A stretch of 48,644 bases of DNA from Hydrurus foetidus (Eukaryota), in assembly GCA_900617105.1 (NCBI GenBank), contig UYFQ01000342.1, positions 1-48,644 of the forward strand, in the 5' to 3' direction. How positions within the stretch are numbered: the first letter of the stretch is position 1; each line of letters starts with the position of its first letter. A program made the position numbers and the translations under genes. The notes beneath the pieces were generated by a model. That model searched no databases. It was not told the DNA's origin and saw only the letters and a list, made by a program, of their open reading frames with translations. Below, one piece after another: positions 29,868-42,600 of this stretch.

Positions 29868-32800
29868 ATGATAGCGGGTGATGAAGAAAATGATGAGCTT
29901 CTCTTCATCTGTGTAATTTTCGCAGCAGCAGTCTGGTATAACTCGTTGAGGCATAGGAGTAGATTGACCAGATCCGCGATTCTCGAGTCAAGATTAAGTC
30001 CTTGGATCAGGCTGCATCAGCACGGTGATGACAGGTCTTTCCTAGAGCTAACGGGCTTCAGTAGGGTTGCTTTCAATAACCTGAAAATCGCAATATTCGG
30101 CGTTAATGATAATCGAGTCGGATGGGTCGGTCGGCCGTCAAATTTAGATCGTAATGGTGAGCTTGGTCTATACCTATTTTTCGTGGGATCACAAATGAAA
30201 ATCAAGTATCTCTGCCTGATATTCGGCATCGTTCCAACAACAGCGACGGTTACTATTTACAAAGTCATGAGGCGGATTTGCAGGATCTTAAAGACACATC
30301 CTGCCGCAAGGGTGATCTTTCCAGATGACAACCAGATGCGAGAATTTGCTGAAATGATACAGATTAGAGAGCCAATGGTGAATAACGTCATTGGTTTCGT
30401 TGATGGGCTGAGTCTACCTGTGCAGTGCTCGGATGATATACTGCTGCAGAACGCCGCTTACAATGGATACAGTCACGACACGTGCTGCACAAACGTGTTC
30501 GCCTTCTCTCCATATGGAAAGATAATGTACAGTGCATACAATTATCCTGGGTCTTGGCATGACAGCACTGTTGCCCAGGATCTGGTAAACATAGTCATAT
30601 CAAGGATAGGAATCTATGCGTTGTGTGTCGATCAGGGATTTCCATGCAGTGGAGATCTCCACGGCAGATTTGTTGGACCCATGTCAAAGAAAATGAAAAG
30701 AAGGTTGTCACCTGAGCTAGCTGAATACTTGCTTCCACTACATGAAAGATACATATCTTTACGCCAAGCATCGGAATGGGGTATGCGTGCATTACAGGGA
30801 ACGTTCTCGAGATTGAAAAGTAGAATGACCTCTAGGACAGGAATAAGAAAGAAGATTATTTTCAGCATCATTCTGTTACACAATTTTAGGACAGAATTCG
30901 TTGGATTAAATCAGATAGCTACCGTTTTTAATCCGCATTACGATCAGTACATTAACTTAGATACATACGACAGAATGTGGTCTTGGGCGGGGCCTAGGAC
31001 GTTGGAGCTAAAAGTGGTGGTCGGTTGATGCAAGCGGTGGGCAAGGGAAGGAAGGATAGGTGGAGTTAACTTGTGTTAGTATTTTACAGTTGAGTATCTA
31101 CAAGTGATGTGTACGCTAAAGTGCATTCACGTCATATGTGGAACTAAGACCTAAAAGTGGAATCTGGGCGTAATATACCTATTGTACCTAGTTAACCTAG
31201 ACACATTGTATCCCCTTAGGAATGCAATAAGGCTACACTACCCCTTCTTCCTTTTTTGAAGATCTTTGATATGATATACAAAAAAAATGAAAAAAAAGAA
31301 AAGATATGTAAAACATATATATGAGATATAGATGAAACGATGATGTCAGACTTTTACTGACTAAACTCTCCAAAAAAGACCCGTAGGTAAAAAAAAATAG
31401 GAGAGAATCCTCATGGATAAAGTTTCAAATATATAAGTCATCTATGTTGCTTATTGATTAATTTAGTCATGTTATTATGACGTAAATAATCATGAAGTTT
31501 ATCAACATCACGAAGACTTGAATAAGGTTCCCAAGTGTTTTTGTCTGAAGGGTAATTTAACCATTTGACTAAAAACTCTATGTGGGTACGTTGGTGTTTG
31601 CCACGATGATCAAGAATGTCTTCAACAAAGTATTCCATGTGATCACGTCGTGCAACATCCAACGGATTTGTGATTGAAGGGTCAAATAGAAAAGGTTTCA
31701 TTGCAGAAACATGAAACTCTGAAGTTTTCTGAGTGACTAAATCATAAAGTGTGTAACGCGAATTTTCGCCACTAACGACTTTTAATGGGCCTCTCCAATG
31801 CGTGTGAAGACGTGAAGGAGGGGATCCATCGCGATAGTGCACTAAGACATAAGAGTCTTTTGGATAATCTACATGCTGAAAAACTTGAGACTGACTTTGA
31901 TGAAGCAAATCTGTGCGAAGAAGTTCTTTAGCAGAAGCTTTAAGAAGACTGTCTTGCGTTTTGAGTAGATTGCTCATACGCTTTGACAAAGGTTTGTCAT
32001 CAGTAACATTTCGCTCAGCAGGAGGTAAAAAAATACCTCTATCGAGTTTGAGTACATTTCCGAAAAGAAGTTGAGAAGATGATATTTTAAACGATCACTG
32101 TGATTCGAATTTAAAATTCGTTGCACAAATGGTAGTGACGTTTTATAATCTTCTAGTGTGACATTATCGAATGTTAATGCACGAAGATGTCTATTAACTT
32201 CTTTATTCATGCGCTCAACAATAGCATTTTCTTCTTTAGAATATGCTAAAGTAAGACAATGTTGAGTGCCAATAAGAGTTAGAAACTCTCTAATAACTTC
32301 GGAAATGAAGTGTGGCCCATTATCAGAACGGAGTTGGAGAGGTGCGCCGAAACGACCGAAGTGTTGCAAGAGGCATTTAGCTGTTGAAAGTGCTGTAGCA
32401 TCTTCTGTATGAAACAGTTCAACCCATCTTGTGAACGTATCGATAATTACGAGTACGTACCCGCCGTCTGGAAACGGTCCTATGAAGTCTATGTTAAGGC
32501 ATTCCATAGGTGTGTAAGTAGAAGTTGAGAAACCATGAGCATGTATTGGTATCTTTAACATACTCATTTTCTGACAACACGAACAGTGATCTATGAACCA
32601 CCTGACGTGCTGACGCATATATTGCCATACTATTTTTTGTCAATGAGACGCTTTAAAGTGCGCTCAAGGCCAAAATGCCCAACTTGTGAATTGTGTACTT
32701 TACTGATTGTATTGTACTGATCACGTGTTAGTTTGAATTTTTCAATAGTATTAGCAGACATGATTGCATCAGGAGTATATTCCTGAGGGAAATCAACCAT

Positions 32801-35800
32801 GTTATTGCGACAGAGTCGAGACATCGAATCAGCTATATCATTGTTAGCACCAGGTATATATTCAATTTTAAATGAATATTCGGATAAGGCCATAAACCAC
32901 CGAACAATCATTGGATTTGAATTATCCTTGATGTATAACAAGTTACGATGATCTGTACGCAATGTGAACGTACGATCACGTAATAGCGATTTTAAATACG
33001 TGCACGAATAAAAGATAGCATATGCTTCTTTTTGTATAACAGCCCAACGAAGCTGAGCTTTGTTAAGTGATTTACTGACAAATGCTATGGGCGTTTCTTG
33101 ACCGTCAACTAGCTGGAAAAGATAGGCACCTACACCATAGTCCGATGCATCAGTGTGCAAGTAAATCGGATCGGTGTCACTTAAAAAGTGCATAGTCGTG
33201 CATTTTGAAATCTCGGATTTGATCAAATTGAATGCTCTGAGAGATTCTATTGTCCAAGTTATTTTCTTATACTTATTATAGTTAAGAAGCAACTGATGTA
33301 ACGGGTATACAACAGTAGAAGCGTTTCTAACAAAGTCGTGAAAATAATTAACCAATCCTAAAAAACTTTTGAGTTGTTTAGATAGTACTGGTTTAGGAAA
33401 ATCTAAGACAGTCCGTATTTTTTCTTGTGACATTCTAAGTCCATCTGCAGATAGAACTTTGCCAACATAATCTATTTCGGCATAGCCTAGATAACACTTA
33501 TTCGGTTTAAGGAATATTTTGTGTTTTCTAAAACGTTCAAAAACAAGACGAAGTCTAGAAATGAGTTCGTCAATGTCTTTACCGAAAACATTGCAATCAT
33601 CTATGTACATTTCGCATATAGAGTATATCAGACCTGCTAACACAACAGTCGTCATAATCTGTTGGAAATAGGAGGGTGCTTGTTTTGGCCCAAAGGGTAA
33701 ACGAGTGAATTGATATACTCCGCAGAATAGTATGAATGCAGTATAAGCACGTGCAGCGAGTGTAAGTGGTGCTTGATGGTAACCTTGAGTGAGATCAAGT
33801 ACAGCAAACACTTTTGCTTTATGTGCACCTATTCGACGCAACATCTCACCGATGTGTGGAATAGGATGTGATTTATCTTCGGTACAATTGTTGAGATTCC
33901 GAAAATCAATACACATGCGCTTAGTTCCATCAGATTTTGGAACTAGTAAAACTTGGCTATAATAAGCCGCGTTTGATTTTTCAACAATATTTTGTTTTTC
34001 AAGTTTGTTAATTTGACTAAGAATGTCAGCTTGATCAACTGTTGATTTAGACCATGGAGGTTGTCTATTTTTAGAGACTCTCCATTGGTCGTCATTGACA
34101 TGAAAGTCAAAGGGTGGAATATTAGCAGGAGTGGCCGAAAGTTCACTGCTAAATATATCCTTGAATTCGTGTACTAGTAACCGAAGTTTATTTTTCTGAT
34201 CTTCATCACCTGCTAAGTTTATTAGCGAGAGTGGGTCAGTATCAGGAAATTCATCTATCCAAGGTGAAAACGAGTCCTTGATCGAGTCGTCGATTTCGTC
34301 CTCATCAGGGGGCACAGCCTCAAAAAGTCTTTCAGACTCTTGTATTAGTGAAGCTAGAATAACATGTGTTTGGGTTACTGCCGGTTTCACCTTTTGGGTT
34401 AAAGGATCGACCTTTGGGGAGCCATCAGAGGGTTGCAACTTCTCCTTAGGCTGACAGCCACACGTTATATCCACTTGTTCAGAAGATAAAACTTCCGCTA
34501 ATGAGGTAGTGTTTGATGAAGCATTGGCAGATATTTGATCGGGGAAACGTGAAAATAAATTCAATTCGCGAATTGTTTTTCGTCCCACTATTAGATCAAA
34601 TTTCGAATCGTCTAAAACATAAGCCGTGATTTGAAAAGTATAATAATTATTTAAATCAGGGCAAAAATAAGAAAGAGTTAAGTCTATAGTGTCAGAAATA
34701 TCATAACAATGATTATCTAATCCACTACAAACTTTACACAATTTCTTTGAAGAGTTAGATACGAATTGTGTGAAATTATGATTAATTATGATGCGGCGAT
34801 GTATAAAGTTGCCAGCAAAAGAGCCGGTGTCCAGGAGAGTAAAGACTCTATTACTTTTTCCAGCATAACCTCCTGTGAGAGGGGAGATACGAAGAAAGGA
34901 ATAAGTTCTGGATCATCGGAAAGAATAGATGATGAATTTAGGTTGCATAGTTGCTCACCTTTGTGTTTCTTCGCAGCGTTTGTCGAGTCTGCTGTTGATG
35001 TAGCAGGTTTTGACGAAGAGGAAGAAGAAGAGGAAGACGATGAAGAAGAGGTCGATGTCTTAGGTAAAGTTGGAATAAACTTAGCCTTTGAATCGACTTT
35101 CAACAACTGCTTATGACCCTCAGAGTTGATATAGGGTGCGTCTGTACTGTTATAGTACGGAGACGTAGTGTAGAAACACGTGGCGACGAAATGGCCGAGT
35201 CTCCCACAACCTGTGCACAGAGGTCTTTCGAATTTGTCAGACTTGTCTGATTGCACAGATTGTTCGCTCTCTCGTGGACGTTTTTGATTTTGTCCTGAGA
35301 GGAACGAGGAGGAGCTTTGATTTGGCGAGAGTGATCACCATACAAAGGAGAGACATCAATGAACCGTAAGGCATCAATTGATTCTCGTAGCTTAGCAAGC
35401 TGCGCAAGCCATACGAATCGAAAGTCTTCGATTGTAATGAGTCTTGGCGTTGTATTGTTAAGACTACGCTGTAACACTGCTCTCCAATTGATAGGTTCGA
35501 CAGGCAACTTATCGATTAGAATTTTGGTTGCCTGAAGTTGGAGAGCGGGTGTTGCATCAGGGAATCCATCAACAATATCAGCTAAAAGCTGATCTGTCTT
35601 GTCTTCCACTGATTTATCCTTCAGGTCGAATTGAAGTGCGACCTGAGAGACAGTTTCAATGAAACTCAGCTTGTCAGTTCGATTGACAGCTGATGTAGGA
35701 ACTGTGAGATTGAGTTCTCTACAGAACAATTGATTCGACCAATGTTTCCAATTGTTACAGGAGTCGCGACGATCGGGATCAGTTGCAAACTTACGCTTGA

Positions 35801-36732
35801 GAAGCGTTGTAAACGATTGATGGTTGGAAACATGGATTACATCAACTGGTTTAAATGGAGTTCCATTTGAAAGGAGGACCTCCATTACCCGTAGTACTTC
35901 CTGACGAGAGGGCACGGCGCTCAACTTAGGAGCTCTCTCACCCGTTTGCACATAGTGCTGAGGTGGTGCCATCGAACGAGGAATCTCAGCCGAAGCTGGT
36001 GTCGCAGACGAATCTGGTGTCGCAGCCGAAGCTGGTATCTCAGCCGAAGCTGGTGTCGCAGTCGAAACTGGTGATAACGTTAGAGCGGATAAAGCAGATA
36101 AAACAGGAGCATCAATAACAGACGAGACCGCAGGCTCCGAATTCCGCTGAGGAATCGGTGCAGACAGGTCGCCGGCGGGGTCCTGAGCCGCAGGTGGCCC
36201 AGGAGACTCGATGCTATCTCCTCCACGATTGTGGTGCTCCTCGTAACGTTGTCGGAAGGCGACGGCGACAGCTCTAGGAGGCTGTCGTTGTCGGCGAAGG
36301 GAATTGATGGTGCTAATCCTCTTGTCCTGGCGTCGGAGAGCCATTGTCTTCGACTGTCGGAATTACGTGATGGATTAAAAATTGATGGAGCGGAGAAACG
36401 AACTTCTCTCGACGAAAAAACTTTGGTATCGACCAAATATCGATATTGTGGTCTTGGGCGGGGCCTAGGACGTTGGAGCTAAAAGTGGTGGTCGGTTGAT
36501 GCAAGCGGTGGGCAAGGGAAGGAAGGATAGGTGGAGTAAACTTGTGTTAGTATTTTACAGTTGAGTATCTACAAGTGATGTGTACGCTAAAGTGCATTCA
36601 CGTCATATGTGGAACTAAGACCTAAAAGTGGAATCTGGGCGTAATATACCTATTGTACCTAGTTAACCTAGACACATTGTATCCCCTTAGGAATGCAATA
36701 AGGCTACAAGAATACAGAGGTATTTCGCATAG
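29868..36732 (+). CDS. DDE_Tnp_4 (PIF/Harbinger-type) transposase, 29868-30975 plus 36713-36732, interrupted by G4 near its C-terminus
   Basis: IGFVDG, PGSWHDS, CVDQGF and RQASEWGMRALQGTF. Removing G4 and one AGAA restores ...DTYDRIQRYFA*. Confidence 0.92.
30976..31237 (-). repeat. G4 3' LTR (262 bp)
   Basis: Direct repeat of 36447-36708. Confidence 0.97.
31438..34872 (-). CDS. pol: G4 pol (PR-RT-RH-IN-chromodomain), split by single-base frameshifts near 32630 and 32030
   Basis: LLDTGS, YIDDC, HTDASDYG, SDNGPHF and EYFVEDILDH...VKWLNYPSDKNTWEP. Confidence 0.93.
34873..36344 (-). CDS. gag: G4 gag (one frameshift near 35260) with zinc knuckle
   Basis: CTGCGRLGHFVATC, ATPASAEIP repeats and poly-Ser. 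Confidence 0.85.
36447..36708 (-). repeat. G4 5' LTR (262 bp)
   Basis: Direct repeat of 30976-31237. Confidence 0.97.
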
Positions 36733-36771
36733 TTAAACAAATTCAGAAAGTATTCAATATAATCCGACGTT

Positions 36772-37798
36772 TTAATAGTCTTCTTCCTCTTCTCTCTCGA
36801 TTCGATCTGATCTCGATCCGTTGCTGCTGTTCGAAGTATACGATGCGGAGCTGCTGGGAACTGCAGAAGATGAAAAACTTTCCGATAGATCACGATGGCC
36901 GACAGAAGCGGATCTTTGTGAGGGAGCCATCATCATCATCATCATTTGAAACTGCTGATTTTGCTGTACTCTTGCCTGTTCTTGACTCTGCTGCTGCATT
37001 TGCATTTGCAACAACATAACTTGCATCATATTCGGCTCATTCGCACTCTGCATTTGACGCTGCGTGAACGCATTGGCTAGACTGGTTAGTGCTGCTCCGG
37101 CGCTGCCTCTTGGATTGTGACGAGAATTTTTAGATTTTCCAACTTCCTCTGGCTCCGCAATGCCACGCCTCTTCTGTCCAGGTGCTGGTGACGGATTTCT
37201 CGGTGCAGCAAGCGGAGACGGCGCCCGCACCCCCCTTTCTTGTTGTACCAATGGGACGATCGGGACCGGTACAGCCAGTCGCGGGCTTTCTTGACGTGGT
37301 GGTGCAGAGAACGGATGACGCAATGGGCGTTGCTCGACATTATCTTCATCGTGATTGGTGTCCTCATATCGCACCGGCTCATCATACTGTGAATCAATTG
37401 GGGCTGCATCAAATACTTCATTTGCATCGTCTTCCTCAAATTGCGTGGATTCGTCAATTTCTTCCTCTGAATCCGAAGATTCGCTTTCGCTCCCATCGCC
37501 ACCGCAATTAATCGCTGACGATTTCGCAAGAATCCTGCGCCAAATGTCTTGGCATCTCGCCACAGTTGCTTTCGGGGCGGAAGAACCTGTCACTTTTTTC
37601 CCATTATTGCACATGTTTTTACTCGTGGTGAAGTGCCTCTTCAGATCGTGAGGATCCCTCTCTTCCACCTCACCGGAAGCCTCCTTGTACCTAGTCGAAA
37701 CCATACGCCATTGGAGTGGTCCTTGCTTCGACTACGTTGATCAGAAGATCATTCTTATCGTTTGGGACCCCAGCTGATCTGCCTTTGCTTCTCGGCAT
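36772..37798 (-). CDS. Accessory ORF2 of the Harbinger-type transposon (putative DNA-binding N-terminus, acidic and Q/M-rich tail), frameshifted near its 5' end
   Basis: MPRSKGRSAGVPNDKNDLLINVVEA (ATG 37798), then in another frame VSTRYKEASGEVEERDPHDLKRHF. Convergent with the transposase inside the TIRs. Confidence 0.7.
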
Positions 37799-37990
37799 TA
37801 TCGCTGAAGCTCGTGATTATATGTGATCGTCGTCAGAGCTGGTCGAGTTTCGAGTTGTGAAGTTCGCAACAGGAGTACTTTCGCATCAGAATTTGATACA
37901 AAAATCGAGAAGATAGCTTGGATCTAGGATTGAATAAAAGTTCACGTTTCAAAGTTTATGCAGCCTAAACGTTCCGCAGATATCTAGGTT

Positions 37991-38022
37991 TCTGGGTGAG
38001 ATTTTAATTTACGAGGTCACCC
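37991..38022 (-). repeat. Right TIR (32 bp) of the Harbinger-type element
   Basis: Reverse complement GGGTGACCTCGTAAATTAAAATCTCACCCAGA equals 23826-23835 joined to 29682-29703. Confidence 0.92.
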
Positions 38023-38259
38023 AGTACAGTACAGTATCCGGTGGGGTTTTTGAAATATTTTGAATTCAAATTATTTACAAGAAATAGGTGTTCAATGGAT
38101 TGCCTACCAATTATGTTCGGGTTGGAGAAGTACCAGAGGTTGGCGAAGCTGCCCTCAAAGTTGAGTGGAGACCTTTCTGCTTTTGCGTTAGGATCATAGC
38201 CGTTACGCCAATGCTATTGAGTAGGGCTCATCATAACAGGAAGAGACGCAGAAACGCTC

Positions 38260-39639
38260 ATGGATCGCTACCCAGCACCAGATCCTGAAAAGTTAAAGAC
38301 TTGGGTGTACCCAACCAATTATGCAATACGAAACTATCAAAGGGAAATATGCGAGGCCGCTTTATTTCAGAACACCCTTGTGTGTTTGCCGACAGGACTT
38401 GGAAAAACTCTTATCGCTGCAGTGGTCATGTACAACTTCCATCGCTGGTATCCAACAGGGAAAATTGTATTCGTCGCACCAACGAAACCACTTGTAGTTC
38501 AGCAAATTGCAGCGTGCTACGAAATTGTTGGAATTCCGGAGCAGGTAACTGCTCATCTGGAAGGTAGCGTCAATGTTGAGCGGAGAACGATTCTGTGGGC
38601 ACAGAAAAAAGTTTTCTTCTGCACTCCACAGACATTCGCCAATGATCTGCAGAGCGGGATATGTGATGCGCGAAATGTCGTGTGCATGGTTGTTGATGAG
38701 GCTCATAAAGCGACGCAAGGATTCTCGTATACCACAGCGGTAAGGTCTACACGATATCAATTTTGCAGACTTTTTTGTGCATCGAATTCGAAATAAAGTC
38801 CTGGAAATGCAACATTTTCCTCTGAATTCCTTCATGATATTCGATTTGTTGTCTTTGCAGGTGGAGGAGATCTCGCACATTCATAATCACTTCCGTGTCC
38901 TCGCTTTGAGTGCCACTCCTGGCAGCGAGCCTCGGAAAGTTCAAGCAGTAAGTGCAGCACCTGCATGTAACGTAGAAGCCACATAGAGTACTGCACTATG
39001 CGTTGTGCATTCACGCTACGGAGCACTGCAAAAGCTTTATCTTATATCACAGAGCTCTCACATTACAGATAGTTTGAATGTGCGACTCAGCTAATGTTTC
39101 TATCTGACTGTTCGGAACAACTACTAGGTGATCAACAACTTGAGGATTGAGAGAATCGAGGTCAGAGCAGAAGACGACCCAGACATCGCACAGTACGTGC
39201 ATGAGAAGCAGATAGAATTCGTTAAATGTGAAAAAGTCGGAGAGTCGATACTGCAGACAGCTAAGAAGGTGAGAATCTGCTGTTGATGACGTGGCACCGC
39301 ATCACTCAACGGGAGCATTTCACACCATGCCACGTCACCGGACATCACATCACATCATGTAGAGGAGAGTCATCTCTCCTCGTAGCAACCTCGCCTTATC
39401 GTGGAATATCACTGATTCATTCATTCCATTCCATGGCTGTCAGGAGTTGAACGATTTGATGTCACCAGCGACATTCCGACTGAACGAAGCCCAGGTCCTG
39501 ACGCACAACAATGCAGGGGGGCTCAACGCGTTCCTTGTCGCAGAGGGCGTCAAGTGAGTAGATTGTTCAAACTATTCTACTGCACTTCATGAAATAAGTT
39601 ATGACGTATTTCTGTCCCAGCATTGATTTCCCCTGCTGC

Positions 39640-39674
<35 letters not shown>

Positions 39675-42600
39675 CTGCTGCTGCTGTACTGCAGTGTGAC
39701 GACAGTCTCTTTCTGGTGTAGAACACACAAATAGGGCGATAGAGAGCAAATTACAGCATAATGGAAGAGAACAGAGCAGAGCAGAGCAGAGCAGAGCAGA
39801 AGAGTCACAAAGTTTGGCTCTTCGCCTGAGACAGTCTTCGTACCGCTTTGCTTTGTTTGCTTTGCTCTGCTTTGCTTTGCACGAATCCTATCTACTGACT
39901 CAGATTTTATTTTTTCCTCTTACATCATCTTGATGCATCTTTTTCTTTGCTCTGCTCAAACCAAGCGTAACGTGACTGATAAGAATTCTCACTGTTAGGA
40001 TTTTGGACATGAAACTGACGGATCACGAGATAGGATGGGCAAAAGCGCAGTCACTAAAAGAAGGTACAGAATAGGATAGGATAGGATGGGATGGGATAGG
40101 ATAGGATAGGATAGGATAGGATAGGATAGGATAGGATAGGATAGGATAGGATAGGATAGGATAGGATAGGATAGGATAGGATAGGATAGGATAGGATAGG
40201 ATAGGATAGGATAGGATTGGATTGAATTGAATTGAATTGAATTGAATTGAATTGAATTGAATTGAATTGAATTGAATTGAATTGAATTGAATTGAATTGA
40301 ATTGAATTGAATTGAATTGAATTGAATTGAATTGAATTGAATTGAATTGAATTGAATTGAATTGAATTGAATTGAATTGAATTGAATTGGATTGGATTGG
40401 ATAGGATAGGATAGGATAGGATAGGATAGGATAGGATAGGATAGGATAGGAAAGGATGGGAAAGGATGGGATGGGATGGGATGTGATAGGATAGGATAGG
40501 AAAGGATGGGAAAGGATGGGATGGGATAGGATAGGATAGGATAGGATAGGAAAGGATGGGAAAGGATGGGATGGGATGGGATGTGATAGGATAGGATAGG
40601 ATAGGATAGGATAGTACAGTACAGTACAGTACATTAGCTTATTGTTATGCGTAGTGCAGTAAAATAGGGTGCGCTGCTATACCATCTGCTCATCTGTCTG
40701 ACTGCCTCCTTCTCTGCCTGCCTGTATGTCTGTCTGTCATTCTGTTTGTCTCTCTTCCTGCCTGCCTGTATCTCTGTCTGTATCTCTGTATCTCAGGCAC
40801 TTTGTCTCTATCTATGTTTGCAACGATGTTCGTAGTGCTCATTTAATTGAAGTGTGCACATAGAATACATAGTCAAGTCCAGAGGATCACTCTCCCACTA
40901 CTTTTTGAACCGCTCACAGTTTCTCTTCTCTCTTATTTCTCCTTCTTTCTTTTCTTTTCTTTCTTTCTTTCGTCTCTTCTTCTCTTATCTTATCTTATAT
41001 CATCTTCCTCTTTTTCCCCTGTAGATCTGGAAGAGCTGCGCACACTGCTGATGTGCCGCAAAGCGCTTACCGAAGATGGCGGTAGGGCGGCCTTCAAGAT
41101 AGTGGACAGCATGAACAACTCCCTCATGGCAAGTCTCAGCAATTCATTCCCATCCTCATCCTCATCCAGTGCAGTGCAGCCCAAATCGTATTAGAAAGAC
41201 AAAACATTACGAACTTCTCGTATCGACTCCTCCCTGACGCCACTGCTTCTTTAATCATGTCGTATCTCATCTCCTTCCATCGCACCTCCTCTCATCGCAT
41301 CGCATCGCATCGCATCGCATCGTATGATACCAAATCACTTATCGCTACTCAGAATTTACCTCCCGGTCAGCAAGCCACTGTGCGCAGCCCTCGCTTCAAG
41401 CGGGTCCTCACTCTACTCAAGAGGATGCAGACCAGTGAGGGGGGAGGGGCAGAGGCCGACAAGAGACAGCCAAAGGTTCACAAACTAAGAGGTGGGGTGA
41501 CCGTTGTCATCCGTCTAGTAGCAACTGCTCCTCCTGCTTTCTCCTGTCCTGTCCAGTCCTGTCCTGTCCCATCTGTCCTCCATCTCCCGTCTGTCTTTTC
41601 TCTCCTATCTACCCATCCATCTCCACCATCGCCTCAATGCCTCTCATTCTCCCGATCGTCTCCAACACCTTAGAGGTACTCTGTGAGCATTTTAGCAGAC
41701 GAGCGAGGGGTGGACAGGGAGCCACTACGAAAGCCATTGTGTTCACGCAGCTGAGGGCCACAGTCAGAGAGATAGTCAGCGATCTGGCAGGAACTGACGG
41801 TGAGTTATACCCCACACACTGTATCCGCGCTCGCTCCTCTTCTTCTTACTTCATCTACACTTAGTGCTGCTTTCTCCATCGTCCCAGCTCCTTTAATCTG
41901 CACTCTACCTTTCCCTTTCACTCACACTCTCTTCTCCTTCTTCTTCTGAACCTTTACCTTCGTCTTCTTCTCCTTACTCTTCATCTTCTCCTCTTCATCT
42001 GCTGCTGCTTCTTCTTCTTCTTCTTCTTCTTCTTCTTCTTCTTCTTCTTCTTCTCTCCCCTGCTGATCTTAGGGGTCAGGGCCCAGGGCTTTATCGGTCA
42101 AGCGTCCAAAGCAGCCACAGGATCACAAGAAGCCCTCAAGGGACTCAACCAGAAAGAACAAGCGGCTATCCTGCAGGCAACCAACGCTATTGTGACGACT
42201 CGTCCTGTATAGGAGGATTACTGTTATCGGATCATGTATTACTACGTCACACTATTCCGCACTGCAGTGCACTACGTCATACTGAGATACACTGCACTAA
42301 AATGCACTACACTATACTGCACTACACGACGCGATATGACGTGACACTAAACTACTGCGCAATTCAACTCTACACTAAGCCAAACTGTACCATACTGCAC
42401 TGCGCCACTTTGCACTACACTACACCGGAAGCCTTCACGCTAACATAAGATTTCTCTCTTCCCCCTTCTCTCCTCCCTACCCCTTCCATTACTTACCCAG
42501 TCTTTCAACAGAGGCGAAATCAATGTGTTGGTAGCAACGTGCATCGCAGAGGAAGGGCTAGATATAGATGAGGTGCCCATCCCATCCCCTCTCATTTCGC

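Larger units (their letters stand above)
30976..36708 (-). mobile_element. Full-length chromodomain Ty3/Gypsy element G4, with 4-bp target duplication AGAA
   Basis: 262-bp LTRs with one mismatch seen, AGAA at 30972-30975 and 36709-36712, and PPT AAAAAAGGAAGAAGGGGTAG. Confidence 0.97.
23826..38022 (+). mobile_element. PIF/Harbinger-superfamily (Pangu-like) DNA transposon carrying three nested insertions
   Basis: TIR GGGTGACCTCGTAAATT at both ends, 3-bp TSD AGT (23823-23825 and 38023-38025), a DDE transposase and a convergent second ORF. Confidence 0.9.

Noticed and set aside
36424..36436. TGG about 11 nt after the G4 and G1 LTRs, and plus-strand TGGTATCG resembling an initiator-Met PBS
   Set aside because: The TGG is too far from the LTR, absent in G2, and explained by pairing with the LTR end. 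The TGGTATC is on the wrong strand.
40023..40634. ORFs made of ILSYP/NSIQF repeats (and YYTIL repeats at 43605-44275)
   Set aside because: These are translations of intronic pentanucleotide microsatellites.
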